Assembly: GCF_000012345.1 (NCBI RefSeq)
Contig: NC_007205.1
Location: forward strand, 1,080,001-1,112,000
Reading direction: 5' to 3'
DNA from: Candidatus Pelagibacter ubique HTCC1062
GTDB lineage: Bacteria > Pseudomonadota > Alphaproteobacteria > Pelagibacterales > Pelagibacteraceae
Length of the DNA stretch: 32,000 nucleotides
The position numbers and the translations under genes were made by a program. The notes beneath the pieces are model-generated. The model saw nothing but the letters and a program-made list of their open reading frames with translations. It ran no database searches and was not told the origin of the DNA. Below, piece after piece: positions 17,307-25,200 of the stretch. Each line of letters opens with the position of its first letter. Position 1 is the stretch's first letter.

Positions 17307-18497
17307 TTACTTATACATATAATCTCTAGTATTAGGAGTTGACATATAGTTCTTTGTTAGTTGGAACTGATAAACAACTTGGTCTCCCCATTTAAAAGCA
17401 CTTTCACAGCTAGCTAAATAAAATTCCCACATCCTAAAAAATTTTTCATCAAACATATTAATTATTTGAATTTTATTTTTAATACAATTTTCTTTCCAGT
17501 GCCTTAGAGTGTGAGAATAATGTAATTTAAGAACCTCTATGTCAGATACTATTAATCCAGCTTTCTCAACAGGTGTTACCACCTCACTGAGACTAGGCGT
17601 ATAACCACCTGGAAAAATATACTTAGTTATCCAAGGGTGTGGGTCTCTAGGAGGATTAACTGAGCCAATAGTGTGAACTAGTGAAACACCATCATCTTTA
17701 AGCAAATTATCAATTTTCTTAAAAAAATTTTTATAAAACTTTCTACCAACATGTTCAAACATTCCAACACTTACAATTCTATCAAACTTTTCGTCTATCT
17801 GACGGTAATCTATTAGCTTAAAGGTAACTTGATTTTCTAAATTAAGCTTTTTGGCTTTTTTAACACAGTAGTTAAACTGATTTTCGGATAGAGTAATTCC
17901 AGTAACTTCACAATTATTACTTTTTGCAATATCAATAGCTAAAGATCCCCAGCCACAACCTATATCAAGAACTTTTTGATTTGGCTTTATATTAAGTTTT
18001 TTTATTATGTGTTGTATTTTATTATTTTGAGCATCTTCTAAAGTATCATTTTCATTTATAAAATACCCACACGAGTATTGTTTTTTAGAATCTAAAAATA
18101 AACTGTATAAATCATCTGAGAGATCATAATGATGTGCCACATTCATTTTTGATTTTTTTATAAAGTTAAAGTTTGTTAAATATCTATAAGACCCATAAAG
18201 CTTATTTATCAACATACTAAAAAAATTTAATTCACCTCTTCCTATATTCATAAGCGCTATATCTAAGAAATCAGTTAAACTTCCGTTTTCAATTTGTATA
18301 TCTCCATTAGAATAAGCTTCTCCAAAATATAAATCTGGCCTAAAAAATAATTTATAATGGAGTTTCTTATCTAATATTTTAACTGTGATTGGCTTATTGT
18401 TTTTTGGTGTGCCAATAATATATTTATTTGAATTAGCATCAATTAAAAGAAAGCCATCTTTCTGAAACAATTTATTTAGATATCTTGCCAGTTGCAT
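17307..18497 (-). CDS. cfa: cyclopropane-fatty-acyl-phospholipid synthase family SAM-dependent methyltransferase
   Basis: 396 aa with HYD.S..LY..FLD....YSC.YF, the SAM motif VLDIGCGWGSLA, and the C-terminal W..YL..C...F. Confidence 0.8.
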   Translation of the reverse strand: MQLARYLNKLFQKDGFLLIDANSNKYIIGTPKNNKPITVKILDKKLHYKLFFRPDLYFGEAYSNGDIQIENGSLTDFLDIALMNIGRGELNFFSMLINKLYGSYRYLTNFNFIKKSKMNVAHHYDLSDDLYSLFLDSKKQYSCGYFINENDTLEDAQNNKIQHIIKKLNIKPNQKVLDIGCGWGSLAIDIAKSNNCEVTGITLSENQFNYCVKKAKKLNLENQVTFKLIDYRQIDEKFDRIVSVGMFEHVGRKFYKNFFKKIDNLLKDDGVSLVHTIGSVNPPRDPHPWITKYIFPGGYTPSLSEVVTPVEKAGLIVSDIEVLKLHYSHTLRHWKENCIKNKIQIINMFDEKFFRMWEFYLASCESAFKWGDQVVYQFQLTKNYMSTPNTRDYMYK

Positions 18498-18566
18498 TTA
18501 AAATCTCATAAAAATTTTATTTATAAGAAAAAATGTATAATAAATTTATATAAAATTCACTCAGGA

Positions 18567-18580
18567 TTAATTCACAATTT
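18567..18580. repeat. exact 14-nt intergenic motif TTAATTCACAATTT, copy 1 of 2 (function unknown)
   Basis: Read directly from the sequence and identical to 27681-27694. It lies in the rpsD-cfa spacer, 70 nt upstream of the cfa ATG. A second AATTCAC lies 15 nt to the left (18554-18560). Confidence 0.8.
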
Positions 18581-18632
18581 TATTGGAATTTTAAGAGCAA
18601 TATTAAAAGAATTTTTTAAAAAAGGATATTTA

Positions 18633-19250
18633 TTATCTAGAGTAATATTCAATTACTAGATTAGGTTCCATTATTACTGGATAAGGAACTTCGTCGAACT
18701 TAGGTGTTCTAACAAAAGTAACTTTTTTATTTTTTTCATCTAAATTAATGTATTCAGGTGTTTCTCTTTCTTTACTAGCTAGAGCGATATCAATTATAGC
18801 CAACTGTTTAGATTTATCTCTAATTTCAATTATATCTTCTTCTTTAACAACGTAACTTCCAATGTTAACTTTTTTACCGTTAACTCTTACGTGACCATGG
18901 TTAATAAGTTGTCTCGCTGAAAATACTGTTGTTGAAAATCTTGCTCTATAAACAACAGAATCTAATCTTCTTTCAAGCAAACCAATTAAATTTTCACCCG
19001 TATCCCCTTTTAACATGGTAGCTTTTTTATAAATATTTCTGAATTGTCTTTCGTTAATGTTACCGTAGTAACCTTTTAATTTTTGTTTAGCTTGTAGCTG
19101 AATTCCGTAATCAGAAGGTTTTCCTTTTCTACCTTGTCCGTGTTGTCCTGGACCATAATCCCTTTTATTAAAAGGACTTTTAGGTCTACCCCATAGGTTA
19201 ATTTTTAACCTTCTATCTATTTTATGTTTAGCGCTTATTCTTTTTGTCAT
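18633..19250 (-). CDS. rpsD: 30S ribosomal protein S4
   Basis: 205 aa with [15 protein letters not shown]...R.YGPGQHGQ and an S4 RNA-binding domain (LE.RLD.VVYR...). Confidence 0.97.
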   Translation of the reverse strand: MTKRISAKHKIDRRLKINLWGRPKSPFNKRDYGPGQHGQGRKGKPSDYGIQLQAKQKLKGYYGNINERQFRNIYKKATMLKGDTGENLIGLLERRLDSVVYRARFSTTVFSARQLINHGHVRVNGKKVNIGSYVVKEEDIIEIRDKSKQLAIIDIALASKERETPEYINLDEKNKKVTFVRTPKFDEVPYPVIMEPNLVIEYYSR

Positions 19251-19262
19251 TTGATAGGTGGG

Positions 19263-19290
19263 TTTATAAACTTACTCATTATTTTGTCAA
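19263..19290 (-). promoter_or_regulatory. near-consensus sigma70-type promoter immediately upstream of rpsD
   Basis: The minus strand reads TTGACA (19290-19285, abutting the trmJ-like stop codon), a 16-nt spacer, then TATAAA (19268-19263). Only 12 nt (CCCACCTATCAA) follow before the ATG at 19250. Confidence 0.45.
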
Positions 19291-20004
19291 TCAACCTTTT
19301 TTGGACAAACTTGCAAATACACTGGATAAAATACGTGTTTCTTTCTCAGAAAGCTCCATTTTAGAAAAAATACTTCTTAAGTTTTCAAGCATAATAGGTC
19401 TCTTTTCTAAGGGTTTAAAAAAGTGTTTTTCCTCTAGTTTTTTGATGCACAAGTTAGTCATAGCTTGAATATCCTTTTTGCTAGCTAAGTTTACTTTTTT
19501 TGATTTAGAATATTTTGCACCCTTTAAATTAATAATGCTTGCTACTGTATGAGCTATAATAATAACACTATGTGACAGGTTTAAAGATTTAAAATCAGGG
19601 TTAGTTGGGATTTGCATAGTGTAATTAGCATAACTAATCTCATTATTAGATAAACCAGATGCCTCAGAACCAAATAAAAAAGCTATCTTTTTATTAAAAT
19701 CAATTTTTTTTAAATCATCTAAATTAATATGTTTAATATTTTTATTTCTAAACCTTGCAGATGTTGCAACAACATAATCTACCTTTTTTACAGCAGATTC
19801 TAAAGTTTCATGTACTTTAGCATTAATAATTAGATCTTTTGCCCCAACTGATGTTGCTAAAATTTTATCATTTGGGAAAATTGGTTTTGGTTTAACAATA
19901 ACTAACTTTTTAAAATTAAAGTTTTTAACAGCTCTAGCACAAGCTCCAATATTTTCTGATAGTTGAGGTTGATGTAAGATAAATGAGATATTATTAAAAG
20001 ACAT
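19291..20004 (-). CDS. SpoU/TrmH-family RNA methyltransferase, TrmJ-like
   Basis: 237 aa with N-terminal L..PQLSENIGACARAVKNF (TrmJ/LasT-like) and FLFGSEASGLSN. Confidence 0.7.
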   Translation of the reverse strand: MSFNNISFILHQPQLSENIGACARAVKNFNFKKLVIVKPKPIFPNDKILATSVGAKDLIINAKVHETLESAVKKVDYVVATSARFRNKNIKHINLDDLKKIDFNKKIAFLFGSEASGLSNNEISYANYTMQIPTNPDFKSLNLSHSVIIIAHTVASIINLKGAKYSKSKKVNLASKKDIQAMTNLCIKKLEEKHFFKPLEKRPIMLENLRSIFSKMELSEKETRILSSVFASLSKKG

Positions 20005-21617
20005 TAAAGACTTGCTGGAGCTTTATCTTTAAATAATTTATAATCTAAACTATCAACTAATGCTTTAAATGAAGCGTCAATTATATTTGCTGAGACACCA
20101 ATAGTGAACCAGTTCTTACCTTTTGAGTCTGTGCTTTCTATTGAAACTCTAGTGATTGCTTCAGTACCTGTATTTAAAATTCTAACTTTGTAATCAACTA
20201 ATTTCAAATCTTTTAAATATTTAGAGTATTTGTTTAATCGATCTACATTTTGTCTAATAGCATTATCTAGTGCATTAACAGGACCATTTCCTTCACCAGT
20301 ACACATAATTTTTTCACCATCAACTTCAAGCTGAGCTTTTGCAGAAGAAACAATTGTACCTGACGAATCTTTTTTAACAGAGACATCGTATTCTTTAATC
20401 AATATATACCTTGGTATTTTGCTGATAATCCTTCTGGCCAATAATTCAAAAGATGCGTCAGCGCCATCATAACTATAGCCAATAAATTCTCTATCTTTAA
20501 CTTCATCTAAAAGTTTTTTAATTTTAGGATCGCTCTCTTCTATTTCTATACCAATAGTTTTTAGTCTTGAGATTATATTGGATTTTCCAGATTGATCTGA
20601 AACTACTATATTTCGAGAATTTCCAACTTCTACTGGATCAATATGTTCATAAGTTTTTGGATTTTTTTGAACCGCTGATACATGAAGACCACCTTTGTGA
20701 GAAAAAGCTGCAGCACCAACGTATGGAAGATGTTTGTTAGGTTTTCTATTTAAAATCTCATCCAACAATCTAGAGCATTCTGTTAATTTCTTAATATTGT
20801 CTGGTTTAATTTTTAATTGAAAATTAGTTGCAAAATCTTCTTTTAAAAAAAAAGTAGGGATTAGTGACATTAAATTAGCATTACCACACCTTTCACCTAA
20901 ACCATTGATGGTTCCTTGCACCTGTCTAACTCCAGCCCAAACTGCAGCTAAAGAATTCGCAACTGCATTACCCGTATCATTGTGTGCATGTATCCCTAAA
21001 TTTTTTCCAGGTATAGTTTTAGAAACTTCTGTAACAATTTTTGTAACTTCATGAGGTAAGGTTCCACCATTAGTGTCACATAAAACAATCCACCTTGCTC
21101 CCTCATCAAATGCTGATTTGAGACATGATAAGGCGTAACTTGGATTAGCCTTGTATCCATCAAAAAAATGCTCTGCATCGAACATGAATTCTTTATTCTC
21201 TTTAACGAAATGTTTAGCTGTCTCTTTAATGTTTTCTAAGTTTTCTTCATTAGAAATACCAAGTGCTATATCAACATGAAAATCCCAAGATTTTCCTACA
21301 ATACAAACTGCCGGTGTGTTTGAGTTTAAAAGTGCTGATAGTCCAGGATCATTATCGGCACTTCGACCAGTTCTTTTGGTCATACCAAAAGATGTTAGTT
21401 TAGCATTATTAAATGAATGTTTTTTTTGAAAAAATTCAGTATCCGTAGGATTTGCTCCTGGCCACCCACCCTCAATATAATCAACACCTAAATTATCTAA
21501 AGCTGAGGCAATTTTTAATTTATCATCTACAGAAAAGTCTACCCCTTGTGTTTGTGCACCATCTCTCAGTGTTGTATCAAATATAAAAAGTTGTTCTTTG
21601 CTCATTTTAGTTTCCAA
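20004..21617 (-). CDS. cimA: citramalate synthase-type member of the 2-isopropylmalate/homocitrate synthase family (CimA-like)
   Basis: 537 aa with FDTTLRDGAQTQGVDFSV.DKL.IA..LD.LGVDYIEGGWPGANPTD.EFF, which I recall as the citramalate-synthase subfamily pattern, plus a C-terminal LeuA-dimer-like regulatory region. An alternative start at the ATG ending at 21605 (MSKEQ) would form an ATGA overlap with the cysS stop. Confidence 0.65.
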   Translation of the reverse strand: METKMSKEQLFIFDTTLRDGAQTQGVDFSVDDKLKIASALDNLGVDYIEGGWPGANPTDTEFFQKKHSFNNAKLTSFGMTKRTGRSADNDPGLSALLNSNTPAVCIVGKSWDFHVDIALGISNEENLENIKETAKHFVKENKEFMFDAEHFFDGYKANPSYALSCLKSAFDEGARWIVLCDTNGGTLPHEVTKIVTEVSKTIPGKNLGIHAHNDTGNAVANSLAAVWAGVRQVQGTINGLGERCGNANLMSLIPTFFLKEDFATNFQLKIKPDNIKKLTECSRLLDEILNRKPNKHLPYVGAAAFSHKGGLHVSAVQKNPKTYEHIDPVEVGNSRNIVVSDQSGKSNIISRLKTIGIEIEESDPKIKKLLDEVKDREFIGYSYDGADASFELLARRIISKIPRYILIKEYDVSVKKDSSGTIVSSAKAQLEVDGEKIMCTGEGNGPVNALDNAIRQNVDRLNKYSKYLKDLKLVDYKVRILNTGTEAITRVSIESTDSKGKNWFTIGVSANIIDASFKALVDSLDYKLFKDKAPASL

Positions 21618-22963
21618 ATTGTTTTACCATCTTTGTCTTCTATTAAAACCCCTTTATCTAAAAGCTTATTTCTAATGATATCAGCTTCTTTATAATTCTT
21701 ATCTTCTCTAGCTTTGTTTCTAAGTGAAATCATTTCTAAAATATCATCTTCATTAATGGATGATTTTTTCTTTTTAAATTCAATCCACTCTTCTTTTGTT
21801 TTATTTAAAATACCAATAAAATTACAAGCTAATACAAATAAACTTTTCTCTTCATTTCCACCTTTTAAGGCCTTATCATAAAGTTGATGTAATTTTGCAA
21901 TGTAGCCAGGTGTATTCAAATCATCATATAATGGAGACAAAATATCTTCATCTAAAACTATTTTGTCTTTCGGGGGTAAATAAACTTCATACCATTTATC
22001 AATAGTATTTTTGCAATCTTCTAAGAGCTTTTCGTTCCAGTCTAATGGCTGTTTGTAGTGAGCACTCATAAGAGCAAGTTTTAAAACTTGTCCATCAACA
22101 TTATCTTTAAAATCTTTAATCTTAAGTATGTTGCCAGTTGATTTAGCCATTTTTTCATTGGACATAGTAATAAATGCGTTATGGATCCAATAATTTGCAA
22201 AAACTTTACTATCATTCGCACATCTTGATTGTGCAATTTCATTTTCGTGATGTGGAAAAATTAAATCAATTCCACCTCCATGAATATCAAATACGTTTCC
22301 TAGGTATTTCTTTGACATTGCAGAACATTCTAAATGCCAACCAGGTCTTCCTTTACCCCAAGGAGAATCCCAAGAAGGTTCATCATCCTTAGAGGGTTTC
22401 CATAATACAAAGTCTTCTGATTTTTTTTTATTATCTGAAACTTCTACTCTAGATCCTGCAATTAAATCTTCTAGTTTTTTATTCGATAATTTTCCATAAT
22501 CATCAAATTTGCTAACTTCAAAATAAACATGGTCGTTTACCACATAAGCAAAATCTTTTTCTATTAAAGTTGATATCATTTTAATCATGAGATCAATATG
22601 ATCTGTTGCTTTTGGTTGTTGTGATGGATTATCTAAATTTAAGTAATTACAATCATCATTAAAATCTTTAATAACATTGTTTGTTAATTCTGATATTGAA
22701 AGATTTTTTTCTTTTGCTGATTTAATTATCTTATCATCAACGTCTGTAATATTTCTTATATAATTTATTTTATCATGACCATATTTTGATTTTAAAACTT
22801 TGAACAAAATATCAAAAATAACAAGAGGTCTTGCGTTCCCAATGTGTGGGTTGTCATAAACGGTTGGACCACAAACATACATTCCAATGTTTTCTTTATT
22901 TATAGGAACAAATTTTTCTTTTTTATTGTTTAGATTGTTTGTTAAAAAAATATCCTTGTTCAT
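21602..22963 (-). CDS. cysS: cysteinyl-tRNA synthetase
   Basis: 453 aa, class I aaRS, with the HIGN variant of HIGH (PHIGNARP) and KMAKS (KMSKS-type). Confidence 0.95.
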   Translation of the reverse strand: MNKDIFLTNNLNNKKEKFVPINKENIGMYVCGPTVYDNPHIGNARPLVIFDILFKVLKSKYGHDKINYIRNITDVDDKIIKSAKEKNLSISELTNNVIKDFNDDCNYLNLDNPSQQPKATDHIDLMIKMISTLIEKDFAYVVNDHVYFEVSKFDDYGKLSNKKLEDLIAGSRVEVSDNKKKSEDFVLWKPSKDDEPSWDSPWGKGRPGWHLECSAMSKKYLGNVFDIHGGGIDLIFPHHENEIAQSRCANDSKVFANYWIHNAFITMSNEKMAKSTGNILKIKDFKDNVDGQVLKLALMSAHYKQPLDWNEKLLEDCKNTIDKWYEVYLPPKDKIVLDEDILSPLYDDLNTPGYIAKLHQLYDKALKGGNEEKSLFVLACNFIGILNKTKEEWIEFKKKKSSINEDDILEMISLRNKAREDKNYKEADIIRNKLLDKGVLIEDKDGKTIWKLK

Positions 22964-23008
22964 TATCTTAGAATTATACTTTAATTATAGATTTGTGAAT
23001 CTATAAGA

Positions 23009-23746
23009 TTAGTTGGGAATCTTGCAAACTGGGATTGGTTCCATTTTATGCAAGTTTATCTTTCTTATTTTTTCGTATTTTTCACGATTTATTGAATTAA
23101 CATTGTTCATAGCTTCTTCTAATTCCTTGTATTTAAGACCTAACTGACCTTCATCAGTTCTGCCATCATCCCATAATCCATCTGTTGGAGCAGCATCAAT
23201 TATCTCTTGAAGAATATTAATAGATTTACCTATTTCCCATACTTCTGATTTATTACAATCCGCAATAGGAGATATATCAACTCCACCATCTCCATATTTT
23301 GTATAAAACCCCACTCCAAAATCCTCAACTTTATTTCCAGTACCAACCACAATACCTTTGTTTGCAGCTGCTACTTGATAAAGAGTGGTCATTCTAATTC
23401 TTGCTCTAGAATTTGCCATACCAAGTTCACTATCAAAATTAGATAGCGTACTCTCAAACGTTTCAAATAATTTATCTAAATTTATTGTGTGCGCTTCAAC
23501 ATTATCAAAGTTTTTAACAAGCCATTCTTGATGTTTTAAGCTTAAGTCATGTTGTGATGATTTTTGTTTAATGGGCATTGATAAAACAATTGTTTTAATA
23601 CCTGTCATTGCGCTCAATGTACTTGATACAGAAGAATCTATTCCCCCAGAAATTCCAATGATTAAAGATTGAGCCTTACTTGGCATCTTGTTCACATAAT
23701 CTTTAATCCAATTGCTTATAAATTGTGCTTTTTCTAAAGGTTTCAT
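23009..23746 (-). CDS. nadE: NH3-dependent NAD(+) synthetase (single-domain NadE)
   Basis: 245 aa with the PP-loop SGGIDSS. There is no N-terminal glutaminase (nitrilase-like) domain. Confidence 0.85.
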   Translation of the reverse strand: MKPLEKAQFISNWIKDYVNKMPSKAQSLIIGISGGIDSSVSSTLSAMTGIKTIVLSMPIKQKSSQHDLSLKHQEWLVKNFDNVEAHTINLDKLFETFESTLSNFDSELGMANSRARIRMTTLYQVAAANKGIVVGTGNKVEDFGVGFYTKYGDGGVDISPIADCNKSEVWEIGKSINILQEIIDAAPTDGLWDDGRTDEGQLGLKYKELEEAMNNVNSINREKYEKIRKINLHKMEPIPVCKIPN

Positions 23747-23785
23747 TTCCTAAAATTTAAACGAAATTGTATTCAATACAATGGT

Positions 23786-25165
23786 TTAAGATGCCGCTTT
23801 AATATTTTTTTTAGAATAAGCAGCATTTTTTTTAATCTCATCAGAAATTAAAAAAGCTAACTCTAACGCTTGGTTAGCATTAAGTCTTGGATCGCAATGA
23901 GTATGGTAACGGCTAGATAAATCTTGGTCAGATATTTTCTGAGCACCACCTGTGCATTCCGTAACATTTTGACCGGTCATTTCAATGTGTAATCCACCTG
24001 CATAACTTCCTTCACTTTGGTGACATTCAAAAACATTTTTTACTTCTTTGACAACACTATTAAAGGGTCTTGTTTTAAATCCAGTTGTAGCTTTAATTGT
24101 ATTTCCATGACAAGGATCACATGACCATATTACATTTAAACCTTCTTTTTTAATTGCTCTTATTAATTTTGGTAAAAATTTAGAAACATTTTCATGACCA
24201 AATCTAGAAATTAAAGTTATTTTACCTTTTTCATTATTTGGATTAATTTTATTGCAAAGATTTATCAAGTCTTCAGCTTTTAATGTTGGTCCACATTTAA
24301 TTCCAATTGGATTTTCAATTCCCCTACAAAACTCAACATGTCCACCATCTAGTTGTCTTGTTCTATCTCCTATCCAAACAAAGTGAGCTGAGGTATCGTG
24401 ATATTCACCTGTTGTTGAATCTACTCTTGTCATTGCTTGCTCAAAAGGAAGTAATAAAGCCTCATGTGAAGTCCAAAAGTTTACTGTTTTTAATCTTCTA
24501 TTAAAGTCAGAATTAATTCCACAAGCATCCATAAATGCTAAGGCATCTGCAATTCTATCTTCTAAATCTTTAAATTTTTTTGCAGCTGGAGAGTTTTTAA
24601 TAAACCCTAAGTTCCAAGTATGTACTTTTTTAAGATCAGCAAAACCTCCATGAGAGAAAGCTCTTATAAGGTTAAGCGTTGATGCAGATTGAGAATAAGC
24701 TTTAAAAAGTCTTTTTGGATCAGGAACTCTTGATTTTTCATTAAATTCCATTCCATTAATATTATCACCTAGGTAACTAGGCAGTTCAACACCATCAATA
24801 TTTTCAACAGGAGAACTTCTTGGTTTTGAAAACTGTCCAGCAATTCTTCCAAGTTTAATAACAGGTAATGATGCCGAATAAGTAAGCACTAACGACATTT
24901 GCAGTATCAGTTTAAATGTATCTCTAATGTTATCAGGATGAAATTCTGCAAAACTTTCTGCACAATCTCCACCTTGTAATAAAAAAGCTTTTCCATCGAC
25001 AACATCAGCTAATTGTTCTTTTAAATGTCTCGTCTCACCAGCAAAAACTAATGGAGGAAAATCTTTAATTTTACTTAAAACACCATCCAATTCTTTTTGA
25101 TCAGGATATTCCGGAATGTGTTTTACAGGATAATTTCTCCAGCTATTTATTTTCCAATTTTTCAT
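23786..25165 (-). CDS. aroG: 3-deoxy-7-phosphoheptulonate (DAHP) synthase, class II
   Basis: 459 aa with W...PV...P.YPD...L..V...PPLVFAGE and AFLLQGGDCAESF, plus the length typical of the class II (plant/actinobacterial-type) enzymes. Confidence 0.9.
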   Translation of the reverse strand: MKNWKINSWRNYPVKHIPEYPDQKELDGVLSKIKDFPPLVFAGETRHLKEQLADVVDGKAFLLQGGDCAESFAEFHPDNIRDTFKLILQMSLVLTYSASLPVIKLGRIAGQFSKPRSSPVENIDGVELPSYLGDNINGMEFNEKSRVPDPKRLFKAYSQSASTLNLIRAFSHGGFADLKKVHTWNLGFIKNSPAAKKFKDLEDRIADALAFMDACGINSDFNRRLKTVNFWTSHEALLLPFEQAMTRVDSTTGEYHDTSAHFVWIGDRTRQLDGGHVEFCRGIENPIGIKCGPTLKAEDLINLCNKINPNNEKGKITLISRFGHENVSKFLPKLIRAIKKEGLNVIWSCDPCHGNTIKATTGFKTRPFNSVVKEVKNVFECHQSEGSYAGGLHIEMTGQNVTECTGGAQKISDQDLSSRYHTHCDPRLNANQALELAFLISDEIKKNAAYSKKNIKAAS

Positions 25166-25200
25166 ATTCAGCCTAGGGGTGTTGTAACAGAGATTAATTA

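Noticed and set aside
18612-18623. TTTTTTAAAAAA palindrome just downstream of rpsD.
   Set aside because: It is a low-complexity A/T run with no loop and no flanking stem extension, so it is not a credible hairpin terminator.
23009-23746. The idea that the short single-domain NadE might be an NMN-synthetase-type enzyme (amidating NaMN rather than NaAD), given nadK and a COG1058 gene in the same window.
   Set aside because: I cannot tell substrate specificity from the sequence by eye. The genes are not adjacent, and this would need specificity-determinant alignment and the rest of the genome's NAD gene complement.
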